A stretch of 64,000 nucleotides of DNA from a virus (lineage: Duplodnaviria; Caudoviricetes): the IMG/VR virus record IMGVR_UViG_3300042691_031247; one strand, written 5' to 3'. Below are positions 18,660 to 27,803 of the stretch, one piece after another (within the stretch, counting starts at the first letter, position 1; every line of letters starts with the position of its first letter). A program made the translations under genes and the position numbers. Below the pieces are notes generated by a model that did no database searches, was not told where the DNA came from, and saw only the letters and a list, made by a program, of their open reading frames with translations.

Positions 18660-18883
18660 GCCTCCGTAGAAACACAGCCATCAAGGTGAAACACCGCCTT
18701 AAAAGTATCAAAAGCTTTTTCAACACGCATGCGGGTCATTACAGAAACGCCGAGCAGCGCGTTTGCAATTTCGTCGATGTTGACGTCGTCTTTTTCCAGT
18801 ATGCGCTCTACCAGCAGGTCGAGATCGTCTGCTGTGTTGTAAATGTTTGTGATATCCGTCTCTAGTTGAAAACGATCAGCCAT
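18650..18883 (-). CDS. conserved small phage protein (MxDRFxLE type)
   Basis: SD AGGAG; MADRFQLE...DDLDLL...IANALLG pattern recalled from aquatic myovirus hypotheticals. Confidence 0.65.
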   Translation of the reverse strand: MADRFQLETDITNIYNTADDLDLLVERILEKDDVNIDEIANALLGVSVMTRMRVEKAFDTFKAVFHLDGCVSTEACE

Positions 18884-18935
18884 TTTTAGCTCCTAGTAAA
18901 AAAAACAATAAGTAGCTCAGCCGTCAGCCTCCGAT

Positions 18936-19011
18936 TAGCCGGGGTGAGATTTGAACTCACGGTCTCTAGCTTATGAGGCTAGCGAGGACGACCTAACTCC
19001 TCTACCCGGCG
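18936..19011 (-). tRNA. tRNA-Met(CAT)
   Basis: Cloverleaf; anticodon arm CTAGC-CTCATAA-GCTAG; T arm GTGAG-TTCAAAT-CTCAC; CCA not encoded. Confidence 0.92.
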
Positions 19012-19022
19012 ATAAATGTGTT

Positions 19023-20597
19023 TTAAACGTCGCCGCCAACAACGCCGCCAAACTGCGTAATAATAGCGTGTGCGTCATCAACCGAAATATCAAAAAACTC
19101 GTTGTTTTGCCGTTTATCGGCATACTCTCTGTGTAAACGTGTTTCGAGCGCTACGCAGTCGCCCGTAACGATATACCCAACTAGTTTTAATCCACCCGGC
19201 ACAAAAGTCTGACTTTCGCGTTGTCGCGCTTCTACAGCGCGCCGTGTGCGCCCAATTTTAATGTAACCGCGCGTCGGCTCCTGCAAAAAGTAGACGTGCT
19301 CGTCCGTTTTTACGGGCGCTGATTCGTTCAGCGTCTCCTCGCCTAAAAACCCGGTCGGCACACGCGACAGATGTTTCGGTACAACAACGGCGCCCGCGCG
19401 CAGAATAAGCTTTGGCTCTTTTCTGCCGACGCCGGTCCAGTACAGCGCCATGTGCGGATTTCTCCAATGCGGCGAGACAAGGCTTTGCGCGTTTAACTTC
19501 TTGCCAATAGAAAATCCGCGCCCCTGAATGTTTGCCGCTTTATCCTCCAGCCACTTCTTTGCCGCCTCGTCAGTTTCACGGTCGTAACGTTCCTGATGCT
19601 TTGCCAGCACAATCGGCGTGATCAGGTCGCTACCGCAGTGCAACATCGAGGCGAACGACGCGAGTTTGAAAACAAACTGATTGACCTCTAGTGATTGGTA
19701 CCCCATGTACAGCGGCAGCCGCTGCCCGCGGCAATCGTCTGCTGCGTGCTGATGTTTAATCGTCTCTTCAATTGTTTTCAAACGAACGACTGAGTTCTGT
19801 GACACAGGAAACATGTTCGGACCGCGCGTAAACTGATACGAATCGCCCGCAGCAAGCTGCAAATCATCGGGCGCCTGCATCGCCTGATATTTAGTGGCTT
19901 CTAGCTGAAACGCCACAATGCTTTCGTGATCGTTGCCGGCAGCAAAGCTCGGTTCGTATGGGCGGTCGTTTGATTCAGGAATGTCTTCGTACACACCGCC
20001 GAGCAAATAAACCTCGTGGTGATGATGCTCGCCCGGAAGCGGCTTGGTGTACTCGACAAGCGCGCTGCCAATTACGCCAGCAAAAACGTCGACGTTTTTG
20101 TTAGTAAAATATTGCGTGTTCTCCGGCACAACGTGCGGCTGCCCCACCGTAATCAGAACAGATTTGATTCCATACGGTTCGTGCCCCTCGGCAAATCGGA
20201 ACAGCATTGTGCGCTGCGGGAAGTTCAAAAACGCCGCAGACACGTCGAGCTTTGTATTACGAATCAGCTGCTCGACAATCGGGTAAACGTTATAGAACGG
20301 ACGCTCCGTGTTGTACCACTCGTACTCGGATAGAACGCTGATGTGCGTCCGAACAATATCGCCAACAACTTTGTCTGTCCACTCGCCGGGAACGACGTTG
20401 CGGTCAAAAGGTTGCGTCGCCATCTGCTGTAAAAATTCTACATTCGACTGCTTCTTAAGCGCCTGCAACGCGCGGTCAACCGCGTTTAAATAAGCGTCAC
20501 GCGATAAGCCAATTATTTCAGACTCGCCAGCTGCTAGTTGATGTTCAAAGTCAGTTATTGATCGTTGTTTTGCATTTACAAAATCGTGAAAACGCAT
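19023..20597 (-). CDS. large protein with C-terminal T5orf172/MUG113 (GIY-YIG-like) domain
   Basis: VYFLQ...YIKIGRT...ARQRE...LETRLH...NEFF at C-terminus; PHWRNPH...WTG.GR motif upstream. Confidence 0.75.
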   Translation of the reverse strand: MRFHDFVNAKQRSITDFEHQLAAGESEIIGLSRDAYLNAVDRALQALKKQSNVEFLQQMATQPFDRNVVPGEWTDKVVGDIVRTHISVLSEYEWYNTERPFYNVYPIVEQLIRNTKLDVSAAFLNFPQRTMLFRFAEGHEPYGIKSVLITVGQPHVVPENTQYFTNKNVDVFAGVIGSALVEYTKPLPGEHHHHEVYLLGGVYEDIPESNDRPYEPSFAAGNDHESIVAFQLEATKYQAMQAPDDLQLAAGDSYQFTRGPNMFPVSQNSVVRLKTIEETIKHQHAADDCRGQRLPLYMGYQSLEVNQFVFKLASFASMLHCGSDLITPIVLAKHQERYDRETDEAAKKWLEDKAANIQGRGFSIGKKLNAQSLVSPHWRNPHMALYWTGVGRKEPKLILRAGAVVVPKHLSRVPTGFLGEETLNESAPVKTDEHVYFLQEPTRGYIKIGRTRRAVEARQRESQTFVPGGLKLVGYIVTGDCVALETRLHREYADKRQNNEFFDISVDDAHAIITQFGGVVGGDV

Positions 20598-20633
20598 ACG
20601 TGCGTCCTTTGTGTTTGACTTACCAAACTACAG

Positions 20634-20704
20634 ATGCCCGACTAGGATTCGAACCTAGACAAAGGGAACCAAAATCCCTTGTGCTACCGTTACACCATCG
20701 GGCA
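20634..20704 (-). tRNA. tRNA-Gln(TTG)
   Basis: Cloverleaf; anticodon arm AGGGA-TTTTGGT-TCCCT; T1-A72 pair typical of tRNA-Gln; GGTTCGAATCC. Confidence 0.95.
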
Positions 20705-20875
20705 ACCGCGCGTTGATTCCATTCATTTACGCTCTTCTGACGCCCACCTCGGATACCGTCATGTTAAGCGTCGTCAGCTCGTGGTTATAACCCACTCACG
20801 GTTTGGGTGCCGGGCCGTCGATGATTGCAACGGCTTTGTGGCGGAAACGGGACGCCGGCTCGCCCTCCCGTGTAT

Positions 20876-21154
20876 TTATTCTTCTCCTGCCGCTACGTCG
20901 TTGAAGCTGACAAACTCGCCGCCATCGTCGTCAAACAGTACGCCCGGATCTCCGCCGTCTCCTGCCGCTTCCGCTGCGCGCTGAGCGTACTTTTTCAACA
21001 GTTTGTAGATTGCTGACCCGTGTTGATCGCCAAACTTGATGCACAGCAACGCCTCCACGGTCAGATACTCTTCATAGCCTTCTTCGACGTTGTCCTCTTC
21101 GTACGGGTTCTCGTCGTCGATAAACCCGCCGAAGTCAAAATTTTCGTTGTACAT
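20876..21154 (-). CDS. small acidic protein
   Basis: 92-aa D/E-rich ORF, co-oriented. Confidence 0.65.
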   Translation of the reverse strand: MYNENFDFGGFIDDENPYEEDNVEEGYEEYLTVEALLCIKFGDQHGSAIYKLLKKYAQRAAEAAGDGGDPGVLFDDDGGEFVSFNDVAAGEE

Positions 21155-21163
21155 GGTGTTGCC

Positions 21164-22324
21164 TTAATAAATAACGGTCAATGAAACAGCGCAATCGGTG
21201 AGCGGGAACAGGTACACACCGCGCGCAGAAAATTGCCTTGGGCGTTCCAGCCGCATAACAACGCGACCAGAGTGCAAAAGTGTCGCTACAACATAGGGCC
21301 CGGTTGACGAAACCGAAGCGTCGAGCGAGATAACATAATCTGTACCGGGAACAGGCACCTGCACAGACGCGCCGTGCGGCCCTGTAGCGCCAGTGATTCC
21401 CAGCCTAGCGGCTTCTTTGCCGCCGTCAATAACGCGCTCCAGCGACGCCACATCTTCACGCGGCACAAAAGCCCAATGTACGGGCTTTGTAAACTCACCA
21501 AGGTATCCGGGTCGCTCAATTTGCTTGCGCTGCTCTTCGCTGATGACTGCCGCGATCTCAAGATGCCGCGCGGCGATGTTTATGTACGCCAGCAGCGCCG
21601 GAGAAATAGCCGCGTAGTCTTCAGCCGTGTTGGTGCCGGTGATTGCCGGCGAGTTGCGCGGCCTGACCGGAAAGAACTCGCCTGTCTCCAAAAAGACAAA
21701 ATGTGTGTTGGTGCCGTTGTCGAACGAGATGCCACGATACGCCGGGCCTAGCTCGCCACTGGGCAGCTTGTCACGAAAGTTGACAAGGCTAGCCGACAAC
21801 GCAGATGCCATTGTGTCGGTGAACTGGGCCGGAGCGAACACCCGAGACAGCATGCGCTCGTTGTAAATCTCAGGCGCAACCGGGTGCACAATTAGCGGAT
21901 TTTTTGGAGACTCCGCGACCTCTGCGATTACGGCATCAAAGATATCTTGAGCCGGCACGTCCGCATCAGCCAGCCCGTTCTCGATCAGATCGGCGAACAG
22001 AACGAGCGCCGCGCTAACGATTGCCGGCGCTGTTTGCTCCGTGGCGCCGTATTGTTTTGCGACTGTGATACCGCGCGAAAGAGCCGCCTGAGTAATTGAA
22101 AAAGGTACTGCGCCCCAGTTGATGTTGCCCGAAACTTGAGCAAGCTGCCAAAGCGCTTTAAAGAACGCCGGATCTTTCTTCGGCGTGCAGGACTGGCGAA
22201 ACAATTCGAGCGTGCAGGCCAGTAGCCGCAACTGCCCAAGGTCGTCAGTTGTGCGAAATTTACTTAGAAACTCCCGAACATGAACTGATGGTTTTGGTGA
22301 TTTGTCCACTGAATACTCCGTCAC
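21164..22324 (-). CDS. hypothetical protein
   Basis: 386-aa ORF, no recognisable motif. Confidence 0.75.
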   Translation of the reverse strand: MTEYSVDKSPKPSVHVREFLSKFRTTDDLGQLRLLACTLELFRQSCTPKKDPAFFKALWQLAQVSGNINWGAVPFSITQAALSRGITVAKQYGATEQTAPAIVSAALVLFADLIENGLADADVPAQDIFDAVIAEVAESPKNPLIVHPVAPEIYNERMLSRVFAPAQFTDTMASALSASLVNFRDKLPSGELGPAYRGISFDNGTNTHFVFLETGEFFPVRPRNSPAITGTNTAEDYAAISPALLAYINIAARHLEIAAVISEEQRKQIERPGYLGEFTKPVHWAFVPREDVASLERVIDGGKEAARLGITGATGPHGASVQVPVPGTDYVISLDASVSSTGPYVVATLLHSGRVVMRLERPRQFSARGVYLFPLTDCAVSLTVIY

Positions 22325-23477
22325 AAGCGTTTAAAAGTGTCATCACGTTCGCTTTAAAAGTGCCTAAAATGTTGTGCGCTGTGCCGTTATGGCTATTCAC
22401 ATATGACGCAAAAGAAGGTTGAACGTGACTGTCGATAAGGACAGCGTGAAAAGTCGGGGCGCGCTCGCTGTCTGAAAGCGCGCACCGAGCCTGAAGAAAC
22501 AACTGCAGGCCGCGCATAGCGTCGCCGATAAACAACACTACGCCACATTGTGTCTGACATAGCTGACGTACCTGCTCCGCAAACACGAGAAAGTCTACGT
22601 ACGTCGCAGCACCAAACGCGGCGCCGATCTCTGCTCCCGGACCATCAGGATAGATGTGCCCGGCCATCTCGCCCAGCTCGACGTGCACGGTGGCGGGAAC
22701 ACCCAGCGTGTAAGCAGAGTGCAGCAAGCTGCGCTCCGTTGTCGCCCGCGGAGAATACGCCCAGCGCCCGACGGCCTCGCCGTAACCAAGACCCTGATTG
22801 GCGGCTAGCCGCGCAACGTAGTTCAAGTCGTGCGTCATGCCGCGCTCTGCCAAGCGTACATCGGCCACCAGCCCAGCGCCGGTGGTGGCAACAGCCGTGA
22901 CATACTTCTTGCGCAGCAGCTCAACTGCGGCGATACCCGCGCCAGAATGAATCGCCGGCGCCGAAATAAATAACATTACCGGCTGGTCTTCAACGCGAGC
23001 TGTGTGAATCAGGCTTGCGGCGTTGACGTGAACTTCTTTGATTAAACACAGCGCATCGGCAATCTCTGGCGGCATGGCGTCACACGGCGGTGTCGCCGCT
23101 CGAAGGGTATCGAAAACAGGGAACGCGCTGTTTAAGCGTTGGGGTAATACAAGCGCGCCGGGATGTTCAGTGGTCGGCGTGCGCAGCATAGGTCCGCTGC
23201 CCCACAAGAGCCAGTCAGCATTGACATGCGTGTGACTGAGGATCTGCGCCAGCAGTTGCGCAGACACCGCGTACTGCCGCTTGAATACTTTGCCAAGATG
23301 CGTTGATTCTAGTTCGATGGCGCGCGCAAACGCCGGCACATTGTTATTAAAAAGAGTCGCGCACAGATACTCCAACCTCTGCAGCCATGGCTGGTCCGCG
23401 TGCGCGATCTTGCGCCTGCGCAATTCGCGCCTCTGCCGCTGCCGATCGCTCAGGTGACTGCGTTTTGGTCTTGGCAT
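22260..23477 (-). CDS. Cro/CI-type HTH fused to deoxyhypusine-synthase-like domain
   Basis: FARAIEL...VNADWLLWGSGPM (phage repressor HTH); TTGAGLVAD, GLGYGEAVG, SAYTLGVPATVHVELG, ATYVDFLVFAE match bacterial DHS-like proteins. Confidence 0.65.
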   Translation of the reverse strand: MPRPKRSHLSDRQRQRRELRRRKIAHADQPWLQRLEYLCATLFNNNVPAFARAIELESTHLGKVFKRQYAVSAQLLAQILSHTHVNADWLLWGSGPMLRTPTTEHPGALVLPQRLNSAFPVFDTLRAATPPCDAMPPEIADALCLIKEVHVNAASLIHTARVEDQPVMLFISAPAIHSGAGIAAVELLRKKYVTAVATTGAGLVADVRLAERGMTHDLNYVARLAANQGLGYGEAVGRWAYSPRATTERSLLHSAYTLGVPATVHVELGEMAGHIYPDGPGAEIGAAFGAATYVDFLVFAEQVRQLCQTQCGVVLFIGDAMRGLQLFLQARCALSDSERAPTFHAVLIDSHVQPSFASYVNSHNGTAHNILGTFKANVMTLLNACDGVFSGQITKTISSCSGVSK

Positions 23478-24468
23478 CGTCGCCCTTTCGTTTCTGCGAG
23501 TCTACAAGTCCGCGACCTACAGCGCGCAGAATACCGGTTCCGGCCAGTAGTCGCATACCGTGTACGGCACGCAAATAAGCAGCGACAAGCTCATCGTAGC
23601 CGTCCAGCAGCGGCATTGGATATTTGTTGAACTCGCCGAACAGATAGAAAAACTCTGTATCAGGCTGCTCGTAACACTCGGCGACTTTGAGTGACTTGAT
23701 ATACGTTACACGGCTCCCGCGAACACGAACACACGGCAGCTTTGTTTTTGGGGCGTGTAAGAAAAACTGCCGGGCCTCGATCAGCCAGCCATTGTCCTGT
23801 GGAACAACAGCCAACCGCCACATCGAGCCCATCGTTTTACGCCCGAGCTGCTTTGTCTGCTTGTTGTATGCGTTGCGCTCGCGCTGCAGCTCGCCCCACA
23901 CTAAGCGCTCGTACTGCTTTACCACGTCCAGCCCACAGCCAACGCGCGGGTCCCATTCCGGCGCGGCGATAAATCGAGTGGCAACGCGGCAAGTGACAAT
24001 AAGCTTAGTGTCTTTATTGTGACGTCCCAGCGCCCGTAATTTGTTTTTAACGTCACGATACTGCGCCGTACTGATACGCGCGTAGCAAAACGGACAGATG
24101 TGTGCCCAGTTACACGGCCGCAACGCCACATCTTTTTTCCAACGAAAAAACATATACGTCGGACGGCAGAACAGACACCGCTGAAACGACAGCCGAAACT
24201 TTTTGAAATCAAAATCAGCGTCGTCAGGATGTGCCAGCCGCGCCACTGGCAACCACAGCGCGCGAATTGCTAACTCTTTCAGTTTGAGGGCCCAGCGCTG
24301 CCGCACCGTATTTGTCCGGCTGATTACGGCGTCGTGTGTCTTGGCGCTAGTCAAGCCCAGTACAAAGTGCTGCGCAAACACATGCGCCATACGGACGCTG
24401 ACGCGATTAACGCGCCACGTTTTTAATCGGTAGCGACGGACAAACTCCGCAAAGTCAATAAGCGCCAT
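23347..24468 (-). CDS. rolling-circle Rep (Rep_1-like) derivative lacking the HUH motif
   Basis: C...C..HICPFC zinc region, motif I-like LIVTC, motif III-like KYP, terminal A..G.RLL...G.L pattern; HUH position reads IEARQ. Confidence 0.5.
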   Translation of the reverse strand: MALIDFAEFVRRYRLKTWRVNRVSVRMAHVFAQHFVLGLTSAKTHDAVISRTNTVRQRWALKLKELAIRALWLPVARLAHPDDADFDFKKFRLSFQRCLFCRPTYMFFRWKKDVALRPCNWAHICPFCYARISTAQYRDVKNKLRALGRHNKDTKLIVTCRVATRFIAAPEWDPRVGCGLDVVKQYERLVWGELQRERNAYNKQTKQLGRKTMGSMWRLAVVPQDNGWLIEARQFFLHAPKTKLPCVRVRGSRVTYIKSLKVAECYEQPDTEFFYLFGEFNKYPMPLLDGYDELVAAYLRAVHGMRLLAGTGILRAVGRGLVDSQKRKGDDAKTKTQSPERSAAAEARIAQAQDRARGPAMAAEVGVSVRDSF

Positions 24469-24671
24469 TACAGCGTGTCTTTCACCGGTAGTGTGTCCAT
24501 ATCCAGAATAGCGTTGCGCAAATTAACATGTTGCGCAATTTCAGCGCGCTGAGTTCTGATCTCTGCGCGTAAAGACTCAATGTGCGCCGCGGCTTCTAAC
24601 GCCAGCTGCGCGCCGTCTGCGCGTGGTTGTTTAGCCGCCCACAACGTCAAACGTTTTACAATGTCGCTCAT
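24468..24671 (-). CDS. small phage protein
   Basis: MSDIVKRL...EAAAHIESLR pattern common in phage accessory ORFs. Confidence 0.65.
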   Translation of the reverse strand: MSDIVKRLTLWAAKQPRADGAQLALEAAAHIESLRAEIRTQRAEIAQHVNLRNAILDMDTLPVKDTL

Positions 24672-24922
24672 TTTGTCACCAGCGCGCCGCTAGAGTAGTC
24701 GCCGCCGGGCGTCACAGTCTTTGTGCTTAACACCTGTACCTTCGGCTTTGGCGGAATACGACCAAACCAAATACCGCAGCCGAACAAGCAGAGCCGCATG
24801 GCCGGCGCGGTAGATACGCCAATATGCAAAATACAGCCAGTACCCATCCATTCAAATCTAGCGCCCCATCGGCGCGTCGTATCAAAGTGCGTTGTTGTAA
24901 CAGTCCATGCGTTTGCAGTCAT
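24668..24922 (-). CDS. hypothetical protein
   Basis: Stop/start overlap with neighbours. Confidence 0.55.
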   Translation of the reverse strand: MTANAWTVTTTHFDTTRRWGARFEWMGTGCILHIGVSTAPAMRLCLFGCGIWFGRIPPKPKVQVLSTKTVTPGGDYSSGALVTK

Positions 24923-24923
24923 T

Positions 24924-25096
24924 GCTTATACTTTTTTACGTTTTCGTGAAGGTTTGACGGCTGCGTACATTTGATCGATCAGGTCGTGCACCATCGGGTC
25001 GCAGTCGACGCAGCGATACGGTACGCACCGCGTTTCTTTTAAGAACTTGCGCACAAGCGTTTTTAAACTTTTCAGCTCTTCTTTTGCGCTAATCAT
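24924..25096 (-). CDS. small basic protein below the ORF-track cutoff
   Basis: Own translation MISAKEELKSLKTLVRKFLKETRCVPYRCVDCDPMVHDLIDQMYAAVKPSRKRKKV fills the gap exactly. Confidence 0.55.
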
Positions 25097-25509
25097 TCGT
25101 GTTTTTCCCGCAAGCTGTCTAGCGTTTTGGCTAAGTTCATAAGGTTTTCAACAGCCTCCGCGTTAGACAGATCGCTTGCGTGCATGCGAAGACTAATCGC
25201 GCCGTGCCTGATAGCGCGCAACTCCTCGTAGGTGAGCGTAAACGCTCGCGGCCCGGGCACGAGCATGGCGCCGCGGTTCCGGTCTTTCTCGATTACGGCT
25301 GCTAATACGGCGCGCTGCTCGTCGGTCAGTTCAAGTTTTACTTCGGTCGAGCAGTCGACTGTCACGTTGCCGTTGCACACAGACAACGTGGCGTCTTGAT
25401 CTGCGAGCCGGCGGATGGCTTGCTTGAGTTGTTTAATCTCGGCTCGCTGATCCTGAATAATCTGGTCGGCCTGCTCCCAAGACATAATCGCCGTATTTGG
25501 ATCAAGCAT
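25093..25509 (-). CDS. hypothetical protein
   Basis: 138-aa ORF, coiled-coil N-terminus. Confidence 0.65.
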   Translation of the reverse strand: MLDPNTAIMSWEQADQIIQDQRAEIKQLKQAIRRLADQDATLSVCNGNVTVDCSTEVKLELTDEQRAVLAAVIEKDRNRGAMLVPGPRAFTLTYEELRAIRHGAISLRMHASDLSNAEAVENLMNLAKTLDSLREKHE

Positions 25510-25598
25510 TGTTCACCTGTCGTATCCGCGAAAGTAAAAATAGATAAATGCGATTGCAATTGCGGCGCCGCAGATCTCTGACACCCAGTTACACACAA

Positions 25599-25928
25599 TC
25601 ATGACGCCTCCTTCACGAAGATACCCTCGGGCGTCAACGTACCTTTGCGGTCTTTGATCTGCTCGTACGCCATCGCGAGGCAGTAGTCCATCGTGATGCC
25701 GTGTAGCTCGCAATACAAAATGAGTGTCACAAGCACGTCGCCCACGCCGTCTACAATTGCCGTGTCGTCGCGCTTGAGCGTGGCGTCAGCTAGCTCCCCT
25801 AGCTCCGACATTGTTTTCATCAGCTGCGCCGTGGGGTTGCTGTTGGGAATAATCTGGCGCGCTAGGGCCCACTGAACCACGAGGTTCTGTAATGTCTCGA
25901 ACGTCTGATCCTTTTGCTCCTGCATCAT
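25599..25928 (-). CDS. mazG: MazG-like nucleotide pyrophosphohydrolase
   Basis: KTMSELGELA...DGVGDVLVTL...AYEQIKDRKG...GIFVKE. Confidence 0.88.
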   Translation of the reverse strand: MMQEQKDQTFETLQNLVVQWALARQIIPNSNPTAQLMKTMSELGELADATLKRDDTAIVDGVGDVLVTLILYCELHGITMDYCLAMAYEQIKDRKGTLTPEGIFVKEAS

Positions 25929-26163
25929 TACGGTGTCCTTTCTGTCGGTCGTATTCTTCCATATCGTTCAACAATTGTTCTTCGTGTATCGAGAACAGCT
26001 CAAGCGCGTACGCCCGCAGCTTCTTCTTAATCTCTTCGCGCTCTGGGCGCAGCATATTAAGCAAGGCGAGAACAGTCCGCATTTCTTGCGGAGTCAGCTC
26101 GCCCATCGCCAACCGTATGGCCTGCCTGTCGCCGGCCCAGATAGCTTCAAGGTTGATTGGCAT
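25786..26163 (-). CDS. hypothetical protein
   Basis: Co-oriented ORF; 3' end overlaps mazG by about 140 nt. Confidence 0.5.
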   Translation of the reverse strand: MPINLEAIWAGDRQAIRLAMGELTPQEMRTVLALLNMLRPEREEIKKKLRAYALELFSIHEEQLLNDMEEYDRQKGHRNDAGAKGSDVRDITEPRGSVGPSAPDYSQQQPHGAADENNVGARGAS

Positions 26164-26308
26164 GACTCACCACGTTGGCGTCCACGTTGTCGTCCACGGA
26201 CCAGACGGCCAACCCGGCGTGTCTTGCTTTTGCGGGTGCGGATATGGATATGACAGCGGCAAACGCGTAACCGCAAGCTCGACGGCAGTCAGCCGCTGCT
26301 GCAGTGTT

Positions 26309-26842
26309 TCAATCTGCGCTCTCAGCTGCGCTATCTCCGCCGCTAGTTGAAGCATCGGCGACGGCTTGCGGATTTTCTTCTTTGTTTTCTTGGCTTTCTT
26401 CGCCACTGATCTGCTCCTGCATCTTGTCAATTCGAGCACGCACTAACTCTATGGCTTGCTCGACACTTTCAACTTCAATAAACGGGAGCTTGGCCTGTAG
26501 GTGCTCCCACTTGGTCGGACCTACGCCGGCCACGTTAATTTCTCCGGGCTCTTGGCTGCCGAACTCGTCCAGCAGCGCTACGGCGGTTGCAATCTCACGC
26601 GACGGGAATACCAGAATCCTGTTATCAACGTCGGAGAAAAACTTCACGCCGGTTCGATCACAAATGACATAGCGCACGGCTGACTCGCCGGTGTCGATGT
26701 AGCTCATCGCCTTAGCCGGCGCAGAATAACTCACGCGATTTTGCGGTGCGTCAGGGCTGTGGCACGCTTTAAACTTTTTGCCGCTGTTACAGGGACACCG
26801 GTCGTTACGTTTGATAATGCTATCTTTGCGAATCGTGCTCAC
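26309..26842 (-). CDS. SEC-C motif (zinc-binding) protein
   Basis: IKRNDRCPCNSGKKFKACH. Confidence 0.8.
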   Translation of the reverse strand: MSTIRKDSIIKRNDRCPCNSGKKFKACHSPDAPQNRVSYSAPAKAMSYIDTGESAVRYVICDRTGVKFFSDVDNRILVFPSREIATAVALLDEFGSQEPGEINVAGVGPTKWEHLQAKLPFIEVESVEQAIELVRARIDKMQEQISGEESQENKEENPQAVADASTSGGDSAAESAD

Positions 26843-27128
26843 GAAAAACCTCCGTGTCGCCGTTGAGCTGGATTAACCTCCGGCCAGCCGGACCGGGTTG
26901 GGCCATTGTCTCTTTTTCTCTGGACTGTGCAATACGTAGCCAGTTCAACCGAAACTCTTCAATCGTGACCCCTTCCCGCGGCAGCAGTAGGTCGAGCGAC
27001 ATGCGCGTTTGGCGGGCGCTGACGTCGTAATTCATTGCAACGCCAATAACCTGAGCATTAAACAACAGCGCAATACCTTCCTGCAGCTGTTCTAGCGGGT
27101 CGGGGTTCGATTCAAACGGCGCCCTCAT
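26820..27128 (-). CDS. hypothetical protein
   Basis: Start reassigned to MRAPFES; overlaps neighbours. Confidence 0.55.
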   Translation of the reverse strand: MRAPFESNPDPLEQLQEGIALLFNAQVIGVAMNYDVSARQTRMSLDLLLPREGVTIEEFRLNWLRIAQSREKETMAQPGPAGRRLIQLNGDTEVFREHDSQR

Positions 27129-27364
27129 GGTTCGACCGTCACCTGCGCCGTTGTCATGAGCAAGCCGGCACGCATGGTCGAGACGCCGTGAATGGTGATG
27201 CGGTCGCCCACAACAATCGTCTCGCGGCACTGGACGCTGAGCCGATCAGGCGCGGTCGGGTCAGGGTAGATCAGCTTGGGCGTGCCCTCAGCAAGTACCG
27301 TCGGCAGGCTTGGCGGCGTCGGGGGCTGCTTGCGAGGAATCGTCACTACGCCGGGTGTTGTCAT
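27125..27364 (-). CDS. hypothetical protein
   Basis: Start MTTPGVV; 4-nt overlap with downstream gene. Confidence 0.5.
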   Translation of the reverse strand: MTTPGVVTIPRKQPPTPPSLPTVLAEGTPKLIYPDPTAPDRLSVQCRETIVVGDRITIHGVSTMRAGLLMTTAQVTVEP

Positions 27365-27803
27365 GGTCGAGACCTCGGTTGAAGAAGACATGGAAACACA
27401 GCTTACCGGGATTGCCCCGCAGGCTGACGTTCGGCGGAAACGGAGAGTCGCTAGGCGTCGGCTCGTTCGAAAACTGATGAATCGCGTGAAACGTGTTGGA
27501 GTCGTTGGACATGCTTTGCTCGCTTTGACGGCAGGATTATGTTGTCATAATCCGAGATTTGCCGTTTGTAGGGGGGTAAAATGGGTCAAAAATTGCCCGT
27601 AACCTATTGGCGTTATTGGGTTTGCAACAACGCGTTCAAGCATTTTTTGTCCGAATTACGCGGACCTAGAGTAAGTCCTTCGGACTTACAAGGCCGGCAT
27701 TTTTTCAGGAATGCCGGCAACTTTGGATGTCTACCGCATGATCGGGGGGTTGTTCAATTAACGTTGGGCAAATTGGGTAATTTGCGGACAACGTTTGGAT
27801 AGC

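Noticed and set aside
27474-27492. CTGATGA...GAAAC hammerhead ribozyme core
   Set aside because: Stem II would be 1 bp, and stems I and III cannot be formed around any NUH site
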